From Candidatus Poribacteria bacterium (GTDB taxonomy: Bacteria; Poribacteria; WGA-4E; UBA9662), in the NCBI GenBank assembly GCA_046582655.1, contig JAYGDX010000198.1, forward strand, positions 9,624 through 73,623: a stretch of DNA of 64,000 nt. The letters are read 5' to 3'. A program made the position numbers and the translations under genes. Within the stretch, counting starts at the first letter, position 1; every line of letters starts with the position of its first letter. This document shows, piece after piece, positions 38,766-48,674 of this stretch. The notes under the pieces are model-generated. The model searched no databases, was not told where the DNA came from, and saw nothing but the letters and a program-made list of their open reading frames with translations.

Positions 38766-39461
38766 ATGAAGAAACGAATAGAGTGTCGAGTCAAAATCTG
38801 TGGGACAACTAGCACCGCAGGCGCTATGATCGCTGCTGAGCTGGGGGCTGACTTCTCTGGCATTGTAGTGGAGGTTCCATTTTCTGAGCGGTCTGTTTCA
38901 ATCGAACAGGCGGCGGAGATAACTCGACAGACGCCAATCCCTACAGTTTTACTGTTTTTTAATCGGTCGACTGATTGGATTATTGGAGCTGTTAGCAGCA
39001 TCAGTCCATTTGCGATTCAGTTACTCGGGCATGAGCCTACTGATCAGTTGAAGATGCTGAAGGATTCGTTACAATGCCAAGTATGGAATTCAATGTTTCT
39101 GCCAGTTAATAGTGGTCAAGAGATTGATTTGGAGGATATGATAGTCGATCTTGAAAACTATATCACTGCTGGTGCAGATGCCATATTATTCGATTCAGTA
39201 GAGTCCAGTGGTGACAAAGTAAGATTCGGTGGCACCGGTAAGGTGAGTAACTGGGATATTGCTGGAAAACTAATTCAAGCGTGTACGGTTCCAACGTTCT
39301 TGTCGGGAGGAATTCGGCCAGGGAATGTAAAGGTGGCCATTGAAAAAGTTCGACCAGATGGGATAGATCTATGTTCGGGTGTGGAATCTAAAAAGGGAAA
39401 ACGGGATCGGTACAAAGTGATAGAATTGATGCGAAATCTTCAATTGGTGTCCAGTAAATAA
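38766..39461 (+). CDS. trpF: Phosphoribosylanthranilate isomerase
   Basis: VKICG, IQLLG, GGTG, LSGGI, DLCSGVE. Confidence 0.88.
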   Translation: MKKRIECRVKICGTTSTAGAMIAAELGADFSGIVVEVPFSERSVSIEQAAEITRQTPIPTVLLFFNRSTDWIIGAVSSISPFAIQLLGHEPTDQLKMLKDSLQCQVWNSMFLPVNSGQEIDLEDMIVDLENYITAGADAILFDSVESSGDKVRFGGTGKVSNWDIAGKLIQACTVPTFLSGGIRPGNVKVAIEKVRPDGIDLCSGVESKKGKRDRYKVIELMRNLQLVSSK

Positions 39462-40834
39462 ATGTGAATAGTGCGATCACGGTATCGTGAGAACGCTGGG
39501 TGCGACTTAATATATGTAGCATTTTTTCGTATCCACTGTCGTAACCGCTGATCAGAATCGAAAATGTTAAAATCTTCAACATCCACTAAAAACCAGGTTC
39601 GTCTACTGTTTAATCTGATTTCTCGCTCAAATCCTTCCAAATCATTCATCATCTCCTTGATATAAGTGGATCTTGCTTTCGGCACATAGTATTCTCCCAT
39701 CTGTGGAACCGACAAGACAATTCTATCGTTTTCCTGAAACTTGGATTCAATCGTTTCAAATGCTTCTTTCCATTTTGACCGGCCTCCATTTTCCAACCGA
39801 AAATAGATATAATTCTGCGAAAGCATTACCGTAACAATCACTGCTGGCAGTATGCACCGAATTGGAAGTGAAATTTGACGTAAAGACCATATTCGCTCAC
39901 AGATCGAGGCCGCAAGTAGCAAATAGGCTGGCACTGTGAAAAAAAGATAATAACCGGCTACATTTAGCAGTTGGGAAAAACCTAAGAATAGGATCAATGG
40001 AACGCCGGCATAGCAAAGCAAGAATGCTTGGGGGCGCCTAATTGGTCTAATAACTGTTTCCGATAGCGCCGCAATTGTTACAGGGATGCTCAAGCCGTAG
40101 ACCAATGTAGAGATGATATACAGTGGACTCCGTTTCCATTCGTTTAAGCCCCATCCAGAAAACAGGTAAGTTTGAAATCTGGGGAGAGCCAGCAAAACTA
40201 GTGGTAACCCTAATGGTACAAAGAAAATTAGTAAAAGTAGGCAATAACGACGGTTGAAAGATGTTTTTCCGCTAAGCCAGAGACCAACGGAATATACGGC
40301 TAAAGACGGGATCAGCATGGCGGACAACGTATGAGAGGCTATTAGCAGAATTGATGATGCTAATGCAATAAACATCAATCTCGATCGGTTCTGCTCGATA
40401 GCTAGATAGAAAAACCAGGTTGCCAGGAGAGCGAAAAAAAGCGTGAATACGTAAGCTCGAGCGTTCTGTGACCAGTAAACGTGCCAGTTTAAAGTTGCTA
40501 GAAAGAGTGCCGATAGAATTCCAACATGTTTATTGATCAAGGATTTACCCATTGAGTAAATTAATAAAATTGATGCTATTCCCACTAAAGCTGGAATAAC
40601 TCGCGTACCAAACTCACTTAAGCCAAAAAAGGAGATTGACAGGCGAACCGCGGCATACGGTATAGGGTTAATTTGGAACTGTTTAAGTGAAAAATCCTGT
40701 GCGTTTAATACAGTAAGAACTTCGTCCACCCAGAAACTCCACCTTTCTAGGTAGGCAAACCTCAGTATTCCACCAAAGAGGGTGACTGCAGATAGGATTA
40801 AAATTTCTTTTTTGCGTTGATCTATCTTGTTCAC
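39440..40834 (-). CDS. GT-C membrane glycosyltransferase (GT39/ArnT-like)
   Basis: FWVDE and SQNARAY; many transmembrane segments. Confidence 0.82.
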   Translation of the reverse strand: MNKIDQRKKEILILSAVTLFGGILRFAYLERWSFWVDEVLTVLNAQDFSLKQFQINPIPYAAVRLSISFFGLSEFGTRVIPALVGIASILLIYSMGKSLINKHVGILSALFLATLNWHVYWSQNARAYVFTLFFALLATWFFYLAIEQNRSRLMFIALASSILLIASHTLSAMLIPSLAVYSVGLWLSGKTSFNRRYCLLLLIFFVPLGLPLVLLALPRFQTYLFSGWGLNEWKRSPLYIISTLVYGLSIPVTIAALSETVIRPIRRPQAFLLCYAGVPLILFLGFSQLLNVAGYYLFFTVPAYLLLAASICERIWSLRQISLPIRCILPAVIVTVMLSQNYIYFRLENGGRSKWKEAFETIESKFQENDRIVLSVPQMGEYYVPKARSTYIKEMMNDLEGFEREIRLNSRRTWFLVDVEDFNIFDSDQRLRQWIRKNATYIKSHPAFSRYRDRTIHIYLLDTN

Positions 40835-40965
40835 CGGCGTTTTGCGAGTTTTTGTAGCAGGTATTTGATGAAAGATTAAGCGGTTCGATAGGAGTACTTA
40901 ATAAATCATTATGATGTATTCTACTATATTTTTAAAGTGACCTTCTAGTTTCATAGTGTAATAAT

Positions 40966-41040
40966 CCACTCTATGACCGGCGATGTCGTATCTTTCTGAC
41001 CTTGGACAATAAAGATACGACATCGCCGGTCATAGAGTGG
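40966..41040. repeat. Perfect 30-bp inverted repeat with 15-nt spacer
   Basis: CCACTCTATGACCGGCGATGTCGTATCTTT (40966-40995) and its exact reverse complement (41011-41040). Confidence 0.97.
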
Positions 41041-41052
41041 CACGCCTGTTGC
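41038..41052 (+). promoter_or_regulatory. Sigma54 (-24/-12) promoter of the urt-ure cluster
   Basis: TGGCAC-GCCTG-TTGC matches TGGCAC-N5-TTGC, about 65 nt upstream of urtA. Confidence 0.8.
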
Positions 41053-41117
41053 GAAAATATTTAGCTAGTCTAATATACAAAATTTCACCTTTTCCAATTT
41101 TAATGGAGGAACACCAA

Positions 41118-42449
41118 ATGTCAGTACCGAATTCGCAGTCAGAAACAAAACTTCGTCAGTTTGTCAAAATAGCAAGTCTCTCATTATTAATTCTAAGTAT
41201 CATTAGCATTCTCCCACTATCTGCTAATGCAGATAGTCATCAAGTCAAAATTGGTATCTTGCACTCTCTAAGTGGAACAATGGCAATTTCTGAGACCTCT
41301 CTCAGGGATGTGGTTTTAATGGCGGTAGAAGAGATTAATTCCTCTGGCGGTGTGCTGGGGAAACAGATAGCGACTGTGGTGGTTGATCCAGCCTCTGACT
41401 GGCCACTGTTCGCCGACAAAGCAAAACAATTGTTAACCCGAGATAAAGTTGCCGTTACTTTTGGATGTTGGACCTCTGTCAGTCGTAAATCCTGCTTGCC
41501 GGTATTTGAGGAATACAATGGTCTGCTTTTCTATCCCGTTCAATATGAGGGTGAGGAGCAGTCGTTAAACGTTTTCTATACTGCAGCATCTCCCAACCAG
41601 CAGTTAGTCCCAGCCGCCGAATACATGATGGAAGAGTATGAAATGGAAAAATTCTATCTTCTCGGTACGGATTATGTTTTTCCTCGGACTGCCAACAAAG
41701 TGCTGAAAGCGTTCTTGAAATCCAAAGGTGTGCCGGACGAGAATGTAGAAGAAGTATATACGCCATTCCATCATCAAGATTACCAAACTATCGTTTCCCA
41801 GATCAAAGAATTTGCTGCTGAAGGTAACGCCTGTGTTTTGTCCACCATCAATGGAGATAGTAATGTTCCTTTCTACAAAGAATTTGCCAATCAAGAGCTT
41901 ACCTCGTCGGATTGTCCAATTATGGCTTTCTCTGTAGCAGAAGATGAATTGCGTGCTATGGACGTTCCTCCTTTGGTCGGGCATTTGGCTTGCTGGAACT
42001 ATTACCAGAGTATCGATACGCCGGCGAACAATGGTTTTGTCAAAGCCTTCAAAGCTTTTTGTCAAAAAACAGGGTTGCCTGGCGGTTCTGATCGTGTAAC
42101 TGACGATCCAATTGAAGCTGCGTACTTTGGTGTCTATGTTTGGAAAGCGGCAGTTGAGAAGGCAGGCTCTTTTGAGGTTGACAAGGTACGTGAAGCGGTT
42201 TATGGTCTTGATTTCGACGCACCAGGCGGCAAGAAGAAGATGCATGAAAATAATCAACACACGCTCAAGCCTGTTTATGTTGGTGAGATACTAGCAGATG
42301 GCCAGTTTGAGATTGTTTGGCAGTCGGAAGGATTAGTCAGTCCTGATTCGTATAGTAGCTATCTGCATCCTGATGGAGATTATCCTGCTCCTACACCTAC
42401 CGCAAAATTTAAAGAACTGTCAGCCAAGTCAGATCGCTGGAAAAAATAG
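41118..42449 (+). CDS. urtA: Urea ABC transporter substrate-binding protein
   Basis: GILHSLSGTMAISE, GCWTSVSRK, YPVQYEG; ATG 41118 after GGAGGA. Confidence 0.95.
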   Translation: MSVPNSQSETKLRQFVKIASLSLLILSIISILPLSANADSHQVKIGILHSLSGTMAISETSLRDVVLMAVEEINSSGGVLGKQIATVVVDPASDWPLFADKAKQLLTRDKVAVTFGCWTSVSRKSCLPVFEEYNGLLFYPVQYEGEEQSLNVFYTAASPNQQLVPAAEYMMEEYEMEKFYLLGTDYVFPRTANKVLKAFLKSKGVPDENVEEVYTPFHHQDYQTIVSQIKEFAAEGNACVLSTINGDSNVPFYKEFANQELTSSDCPIMAFSVAEDELRAMDVPPLVGHLACWNYYQSIDTPANNGFVKAFKAFCQKTGLPGGSDRVTDDPIEAAYFGVYVWKAAVEKAGSFEVDKVREAVYGLDFDAPGGKKKMHENNQHTLKPVYVGEILADGQFEIVWQSEGLVSPDSYSSYLHPDGDYPAPTPTAKFKELSAKSDRWKK

Positions 42450-42507
42450 GTTGTTGACAACGGTTACTTATTTTTGATAACCCCTCATATTAGAGAGGTC
42501 TCTATAC

Positions 42508-42546
42508 AAATGCCTGTTCCTTGAAGATCCTGAGGACGGGCATTTT
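42508..42546 (+). terminator. Hairpin after urtA (terminator or mRNA stabiliser)
   Basis: AAATGCCTGTTC ... GGACGGGCATTTT. Confidence 0.5.
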
Positions 42547-42595
42547 CCGTTTAAGTTTTTCCTCAGTTAGAAGTTAGGATCTTCGATACTTTCCT

Positions 42596-44329
42596 ATGAG
42601 CATATTGACCGGCTATTTTGCCTTTGTTATACCTAGATGCCGTTTTTTTCTTTGGCTAATTTTTGTGACTTTGACTGTGTTTTTTGTACCCTCACGTTCT
42701 GAGGCAAACGAAGCTGAAATCAGAGATCTTCTCATTCAATTTGGCGACAAAAAATCTTCAGTGAGAAAGTCGGCTTTAATTGGCTTAGCAGAATACGAAG
42801 ACGAACGTCTGGTATCTTTATTAGATGCATATAAATTGCGTCAACTCTTCATGTGGAATAACGAACAGATTGTTCTGTGCAAAGAGGTTCAAGACGGCGT
42901 TGCATATTTGCAAGATCCGTTAACAGGTAAAAAGTTACAAGATCTGTCAAATAATCGGCAGTATCAGGTTCCGATAACGGATTTAAAGGCGATTCGCCCT
43001 GCTAGGCCGGAGCGAAACTTAGCCGAAAATGTTAAGTCTTTACTGAAACTCTTTTCCTCAAATTTTGACGCCCGTTTTTCAGGCGTCAAAAAGTGTGGTG
43101 AAACCAGAACCATTAAAGCTTTGGGTCAGTTAAATGATTTAGCTCTCAGAAAGTTGGAGAGTCTATCAAAAGAAGATGCCGACAAAAAAATCCGGCGTGT
43201 TGCTCAGGAGAGTGCGTTGCTGATTCAAATCCATCAAACTCCCTTGAAAATGGATCTAGGAAGACATCTTGCCATCGTACAGCAATTGGGTTTAACAAAG
43301 AGCATGAGGGTACAGAAATATCTAGAAAGAACGCTAAAAACCATTGAAAAAGAAAAAGATACCGACCCACAGGCTCAAAAAACATACGGGAAGGCAATTA
43401 GGAAAATCGAAACATATCAAGGTCGTATTGCATTCCTATCCAATCTTTTTCAAGGAATATCTCTCAGTTCAGTATTGATCTTGATGGCTTTAGGGTTAGC
43501 GGTTACTTTCGGATTGATGGGCGTTATTAATATGGCTCATGGTGAGTTAATGATGATTGGTGCTTATACAACCTTTGAAATGCAAAAATTATTCAATCAC
43601 ACAATAGAAGATTCTAACAACTGGTATTATGTCTTTGCACTTCCTGCATCCTTTCTAGTGGCGGCATTCGTCGGTTTTTTAATCGAGATTTTAGTAGTTC
43701 GTCATCTGTATAAACGTCCGCTGGAATCCTTACTTGCTACTTGGGGAATTGGCTTGATCCTGATTCAAGCCGTTCGCCTGAGATACGGTGATAATATTGG
43801 TGTCAACGCGCCAACTTGGGGGCGAGGTGGTATTGAGGTGATTCAGGACTTTGTCTTACCTTATGGCCGCTGTTTCATTATTGTTCTATGTACTTTAAGT
43901 GTTCTTTCTATCTATTACCTTATGCGTTACACGGAACTTGGTTTAAAGATGCGTGCCACCATGCAGAACCGCGATATGGCAAGTAGTTTAGGTGTGAATA
44001 CTAATTTTGTTGACCGATATACATTTGCCTTTGGTTCTGGAATCGCTGGAATTGCTGGCTATGCTTGGACACTTGTTGGTGGAGTGACGCCTGATATGGG
44101 ACAAACTAACTTCATCGTTGACTCTTTTCTGGTGGTTGTCACCGGTGGCGTTGGAGAAATTATCGGTGTCGTTTGCTCCGGGCTGGGTATCGGAGGCATT
44201 ACAAAGGCGATTGAACCAACTATAGGTACTATTTGGGCCAAGATTCTTTTGTTGGTTGCGGTTGTCGTTTTCATTCAATTTAAACCGTCAGGTCTGTTTG
44301 CTCCAAAAGGGAGGCTGGCAGATGATTAA
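42596..44329 (+). CDS. urtB: Urea ABC transporter permease
   Basis: GLMGVINMAHGE and RPLESLLATWG; soluble N-terminal extension. Confidence 0.93.
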   Translation: MSILTGYFAFVIPRCRFFLWLIFVTLTVFFVPSRSEANEAEIRDLLIQFGDKKSSVRKSALIGLAEYEDERLVSLLDAYKLRQLFMWNNEQIVLCKEVQDGVAYLQDPLTGKKLQDLSNNRQYQVPITDLKAIRPARPERNLAENVKSLLKLFSSNFDARFSGVKKCGETRTIKALGQLNDLALRKLESLSKEDADKKIRRVAQESALLIQIHQTPLKMDLGRHLAIVQQLGLTKSMRVQKYLERTLKTIEKEKDTDPQAQKTYGKAIRKIETYQGRIAFLSNLFQGISLSSVLILMALGLAVTFGLMGVINMAHGELMMIGAYTTFEMQKLFNHTIEDSNNWYYVFALPASFLVAAFVGFLIEILVVRHLYKRPLESLLATWGIGLILIQAVRLRYGDNIGVNAPTWGRGGIEVIQDFVLPYGRCFIIVLCTLSVLSIYYLMRYTELGLKMRATMQNRDMASSLGVNTNFVDRYTFAFGSGIAGIAGYAWTLVGGVTPDMGQTNFIVDSFLVVVTGGVGEIIGVVCSGLGIGGITKAIEPTIGTIWAKILLLVAVVVFIQFKPSGLFAPKGRLADD

Positions 44330-45491
44330 TAGAGGGTACGAATTTGGTGTGAACCAGAAAGCTAACGGGCTTAAGCGCAGTTTTATCTCGCTCCTATGGT
44401 TAGCGCTTGGTTTGGTTATTATTCCTCTGCTGTATGTTACTGGTGTAATCTCAATTGAGACAGTCAACAAATTGGGGCGGTACATGACCTATGCACTGGT
44501 GGCTGTGGGGCTGGATTTGATTTGGGGGTATGCTGGTATCTTGGGATTGTGTCAAGCTTTGTTCTTCTGTCTTGGCGGGTATGCCATGGGAATGTACTTA
44601 GCGCATCACGGTGGTCCTGAAGGCATTATTGATAAGACAGGTTGGAAACTGCCAGCTTGTTTATATGTAGTGTATCCTTACAAAGTAGGTGAAGCCCCGC
44701 AGGATGCTCTGGTACCATGGTTCTGGAAGCCGTTTTGGTCATTACCGACCACCGTTGTTCTTGGGCTTTTGATTCCGGGAATTGTCGCTTTCATTATTGG
44801 CTACTTCGGATTTCGTAGTCGTGTTCGTGGCGTTTATTTCGCTATTTTAACTCAAGCCATTACTGTTGCTGCCCAGAACTTCTTTAGTATGAACAACATG
44901 AAATTCTGTGGTACCAATGGACTGACCCGGTTCGAGAAGATTGCCGGTTTTGAATTGGCTAACAGTAAAGTTCAGTTTAGCTTGTACCTTTTAACTGTTG
45001 TGATGTTGTTTCTAGTATATGTTTCATATCGGTATATCATTAATTCCCGGTTAGGTAGGGTCTTAATTGCTGTCCGAGATGATGAGAATACACTGCGTTT
45101 TTCCGGTTATAAACCCTACGTCTATAAACTATTCGCATTTGTTTTGGCTGCAGCAACCGCGGGCTTGGCAGGTATGCTGTATGTTCCGCAAATGAAGATC
45201 ATCACCCCTCATAATTTGGGAGCGGAAAGATCTATCTTAATCGTAGTCTATGTTGCTGTTGGCGGTCGTAGCACGCTTTCTGGCGCCATATTAGGTGCGC
45301 TTAGTGTAAGTTTGATGTATGATTATCTGACTTCTGCTATTCCATGGGCTTGGCCTTTTGTACTTGGTTCGTTATTCATTGCAGTTGTCTTGGGATATCC
45401 GGACGGTTTGGTCAAACTACCACAAAAATTGTTCAACAAGTTCAAAAGGTCAACTACCGAAGGTCCGTTGGAGGACTCGGCTACGTCTTAA
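44322..45491 (+). CDS. urtC: Urea ABC transporter permease
   Basis: GLDLIWGYAG, GVYFAILTQA, AVRDDE; likely ATG 44322 overlapping the urtB end. Confidence 0.93.
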   Translation: MINRGYEFGVNQKANGLKRSFISLLWLALGLVIIPLLYVTGVISIETVNKLGRYMTYALVAVGLDLIWGYAGILGLCQALFFCLGGYAMGMYLAHHGGPEGIIDKTGWKLPACLYVVYPYKVGEAPQDALVPWFWKPFWSLPTTVVLGLLIPGIVAFIIGYFGFRSRVRGVYFAILTQAITVAAQNFFSMNNMKFCGTNGLTRFEKIAGFELANSKVQFSLYLLTVVMLFLVYVSYRYIINSRLGRVLIAVRDDENTLRFSGYKPYVYKLFAFVLAAATAGLAGMLYVPQMKIITPHNLGAERSILIVVYVAVGGRSTLSGAILGALSVSLMYDYLTSAIPWAWPFVLGSLFIAVVLGYPDGLVKLPQKLFNKFKRSTTEGPLEDSATS

Positions 45492-45521
45492 GACAGTAGG
45501 TTTCAAGGGGACAAAACGAAT

Positions 45522-46328
45522 ATGGCACAAGCATCGCAAACCCGACTTGACGAATATTTGCTAGATAGCCCAACCATCAGCAGATTTTCAGAGGAAAAAT
45601 TTATCCTTTTTCTAGAGGGGGTTACGGCTGTCTTTGATGGGTTCAAAGCACTGGATGTTGAAGCTTTAGGCATAGAGCATAATGAATTGCGCGTGGTGAT
45701 CGGTCCAAACGGTGCAGGAAAGACGACCATGTGTGATATTGTCAGCGGGAAAACGCAACCTGCTACTGGAACGGTTCATTTTGAAGGGAAAAACATTACG
45801 GATACATCTGAGACCGAGATTGCCCTGATGGGTGTCGGACGAAAATTTCAAACGCCAACAGTGTTCGACAGTTTAACCACCTATCAAAATATGGAACTTG
45901 CGCTACCAGGGCATCAGAAGTTATTTCCTAATCTCTATAGCCAAGTTTCTGCCGAAGAAGATGATCAGATACTTAAAATTCTTGAACGAGTTGGACTTAA
46001 AGATGAATTAGATGTTGAAGCCCGGTATCTCAGTCACGGTCAGCGGCAGTGGTTAGCAATCAGTACCCTAATTCTATCCAGCCCAAAATTATTGTTGGTT
46101 GATGAACCTGCAGCTGGTTTAACCGATGCGGAGACGGAACTGACAGCAGAACTGCTTTTGGAACTAAAGGGCGATCATACACTGATTATTATTGAACATG
46201 ACATGGATTTTGTTCGTCGCCTTGATTCTTTCGTCACCATGTTACATGAGGGACGGATTATGGCTGAAGGCACACTGGAAGAACTTCAGCAAAACGAAGA
46301 GGTGATTGAGGCATATTTGGGAAGATGA
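45522..46328 (+). CDS. urtD: Urea ABC transporter ATPase
   Basis: GPNGAGKT, GRKFQTP, LSHGQRQW, DEP. Confidence 0.93.
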   Translation: MAQASQTRLDEYLLDSPTISRFSEEKFILFLEGVTAVFDGFKALDVEALGIEHNELRVVIGPNGAGKTTMCDIVSGKTQPATGTVHFEGKNITDTSETEIALMGVGRKFQTPTVFDSLTTYQNMELALPGHQKLFPNLYSQVSAEEDDQILKILERVGLKDELDVEARYLSHGQRQWLAISTLILSSPKLLLVDEPAAGLTDAETELTAELLLELKGDHTLIIIEHDMDFVRRLDSFVTMLHEGRIMAEGTLEELQQNEEVIEAYLGR

Positions 46329-47020
46329 TGTTAACGGTCAACAATCTTTCGTTTTCCTACGGCGAAGTTCAAGCTCTCCGCAACATCAGCGTTGATGTCC
46401 CGCAAGGGCAGATAGTAAGTATTATGGGACGGAACGGGGTCGGGAAAACCACCCTGATGAAGAATATCGTAGGTTTGCTCAAACCGTCGGCTGGAACAAT
46501 TATGTTTGAAAATCAAGGGATTGAGAAACTTCCAGCACATAAGCGAATTCGGGTAGGTATTGGTTATGTACCTCAAGGGAGAATGATTTTTCCCAAACTG
46601 ACCGTCACTGAAAACCTGAGGGTTGGTCTGGTCGCGCGGCAGAATGGTAAGATTATTCCAGATGAGATCCTTGATCTGTTTCCGATTCTACAGGAAATGC
46701 GCAATCGGATGGGGGGAGACCTTTCAGGTGGTCAACAGCAACAGTTAGCTATTGCCCGTGCTTTGGTTACCGATCCGAAAATCCTAATTTTAGATGAACC
46801 AACAGAAGGGATTCAACCTAACATTATCCAGCAGATTGGACAGGTATTAACACAACTGGTTGAGCAACGGCAAATGACGATCTTGATTGTTGAGCAATAT
46901 CTGGATTTTGTCAGAGAATTCTGTCAGCATTTTTACATAATGAATCGTGGTGAGATTGTGGCTAACGCTGAGACGGAAGGCTTGACGCAGGAAATCGTTA
47001 GAGAGTATCTTAGTGTTTGA
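46325..47020 (+). CDS. urtE: Urea ABC transporter ATPase
   Basis: GRNGVGKT, LSGGQQQQL, DEPTEGIQP. Confidence 0.93.
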   Translation: MMLTVNNLSFSYGEVQALRNISVDVPQGQIVSIMGRNGVGKTTLMKNIVGLLKPSAGTIMFENQGIEKLPAHKRIRVGIGYVPQGRMIFPKLTVTENLRVGLVARQNGKIIPDEILDLFPILQEMRNRMGGDLSGGQQQQLAIARALVTDPKILILDEPTEGIQPNIIQQIGQVLTQLVEQRQMTILIVEQYLDFVREFCQHFYIMNRGEIVANAETEGLTQEIVREYLSV

Positions 47021-47059
47021 TTAGTTTAGATTCAGAGTGTTTGATTAGTTTAGATTCAG
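47012..47059. repeat. 24-bp perfect tandem duplication
   Basis: AGTGTTTGATTAGTTTAGATTCAG twice, spanning the urtE stop codon. Confidence 0.95.
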
Positions 47060-47087
47060 AATTATTGATTCATTTGCTGTTTGCAAT

Positions 47088-47957
47088 ATGTCCAACTTAA
47101 AATCCTCAGCCGGGCGGCACGGCGAACTCAGGCTCTCACTCTCAAACCGGAATAATCAAACAATTGTAACGGATAGTTATTGTCGTGTCCCGCTTCAAGT
47201 AATGAAACCAATCCGTGACCGCCAAAGCGGCGCAGTCTGTTTTTACTTGCTTAGCCCAACTGGAGGTGTTGTACAAGGAGACAACTATCGGATTCGGGTT
47301 GATTTATCAAATAGTGCTTATGCTGTGCTAACAACACAAGCTGCTACCAAAGTCTATGCCATGCCGAAAGGTTTGGCTAAACAGCAAATTGATTTTTATG
47401 TCGGCAAAAATTCAGTACTTGAATATCTACCGGATCCAACAATTCTTTTTCAAGCAGCCGATTTTGAGCAGCAGGTTAATCTTCATGTTAATCAAGAGGG
47501 AGGAAAAATCATTTTCCAAGAAATTATCATGCCGGGTCGACTAGCACGTGGAGAGGTAATGGCTTTCAAACGCTATCGTTCACAATTACGAGGATATGAC
47601 GAGGATGGTATCATGTTGTATGATTCCTTTTGCCTTGAACCAGAACAGAATCCTCTAGATAACTTGATGAGTACCATTGGTGTGTTGGATAACTATCCCT
47701 GTTGGGGGGCGTGGTATTTGCTTGGTGATTGCAGTTTGATTTTCCCTGAGTGGCAGCATATTTGCGATGTTAGCGATCCCTTGCTGAATCAAGATGGGAA
47801 ATCAACTGGCGGAATTACCCAATTGCATCGGAATGGTATGGCAATCAGAATGCTGGCACGAAACGCGCAAACAATTCAGTTCACTTTTCGACACATTTGG
47901 GATTGGATTAAAACAGAGGTTCTAGCACTCAAAAAGATTGATTTACGAAAGTACTGA
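47088..47957 (+). CDS. ureD: Urease accessory protein
   Basis: GGVVQGD, TTQAATKVY, LEYLP, GRLARGE. Confidence 0.92.
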   Translation: MSNLKSSAGRHGELRLSLSNRNNQTIVTDSYCRVPLQVMKPIRDRQSGAVCFYLLSPTGGVVQGDNYRIRVDLSNSAYAVLTTQAATKVYAMPKGLAKQQIDFYVGKNSVLEYLPDPTILFQAADFEQQVNLHVNQEGGKIIFQEIIMPGRLARGEVMAFKRYRSQLRGYDEDGIMLYDSFCLEPEQNPLDNLMSTIGVLDNYPCWGAWYLLGDCSLIFPEWQHICDVSDPLLNQDGKSTGGITQLHRNGMAIRMLARNAQTIQFTFRHIWDWIKTEVLALKKIDLRKY

Positions 47958-47993
47958 GAATGCGGATATCATCAATATATAAGGGAGAACATT

Positions 47994-48296
47994 ATGAACT
48001 TAACACCACGTGAGCAAGAAAAGCTGTTGATTTACGTGGCAGCCCAACTAGCCAAGGATCGTAAAGCGCGTGGGCTCAAGTTGAATTATCCGGAAGCTAT
48101 CGCCTTGATCACAGCAGAAGTTTTAGAAGGAATTCGTGAAGGCAAGCCGGTAGCTGAGCTAATGAGTTATGGAGCCACAATCTTGACGGAGGAAGATGTC
48201 ATGGAAGGCGTCCCGAATATGATTGATGAGGTTCAAGTGGAAGGAACATTTCCAGACGGGACAAAATTAGTTACTGTCCACAATCCAATTCGCTAG
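47994..48296 (+). CDS. ureA: Urease gamma subunit
   Basis: [11 protein letters not shown]...[14 protein letters not shown]. Confidence 0.97.
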   Translation: MNLTPREQEKLLIYVAAQLAKDRKARGLKLNYPEAIALITAEVLEGIREGKPVAELMSYGATILTEEDVMEGVPNMIDEVQVEGTFPDGTKLVTVHNPIR

Positions 48297-48314
48297 CCAA
48301 CGAAAGGAAAAATC

Positions 48315-48674
48315 ATGATTCCAGGTGAATACATTCTTGCTAAAGATCCAATTGATGCCAATGTCGATCGCCAAACAGTTGAATTAAACGTCATTAACCA
48401 AGGAGATCGACCTGTTCAAGTTGGATCCCATTTCCATTTTTTTGAGGTTAACCGTGCCCTGAAATTTGAGCGTGATGAGGCTTTTGGTATGCGGCTCAAT
48501 ATTCCCTCGGGCGTGGCGGTTCGATTTGAACCGGGCGATGAAAAAACGGTGACCTTAACCACGTTTGTTGGTAAGCGAACTGTCTTCGGGCTGAACAATT
48601 TGACTAATGGAGGGCTTGACGAACCAGAGGTGAAATCCGCCGCCATTCAAAAGCAAGGAGAGAGTGTAAGATGA
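48315..48674 (+). CDS. ureB: Urease beta subunit
   Basis: [24 protein letters not shown]. Confidence 0.97.
   Translation: MIPGEYILAKDPIDANVDRQTVELNVINQGDRPVQVGSHFHFFEVNRALKFERDEAFGMRLNIPSGVAVRFEPGDEKTVTLTTFVGKRTVFGLNNLTNGGLDEPEVKSAAIQKQGESVR

Noticed and set aside
41604..42260. 218-aa antisense ORF, and many similar short overlapping ORFs
   Set aside because: They lie opposite or within well-supported genes and show no protein-family motifs.
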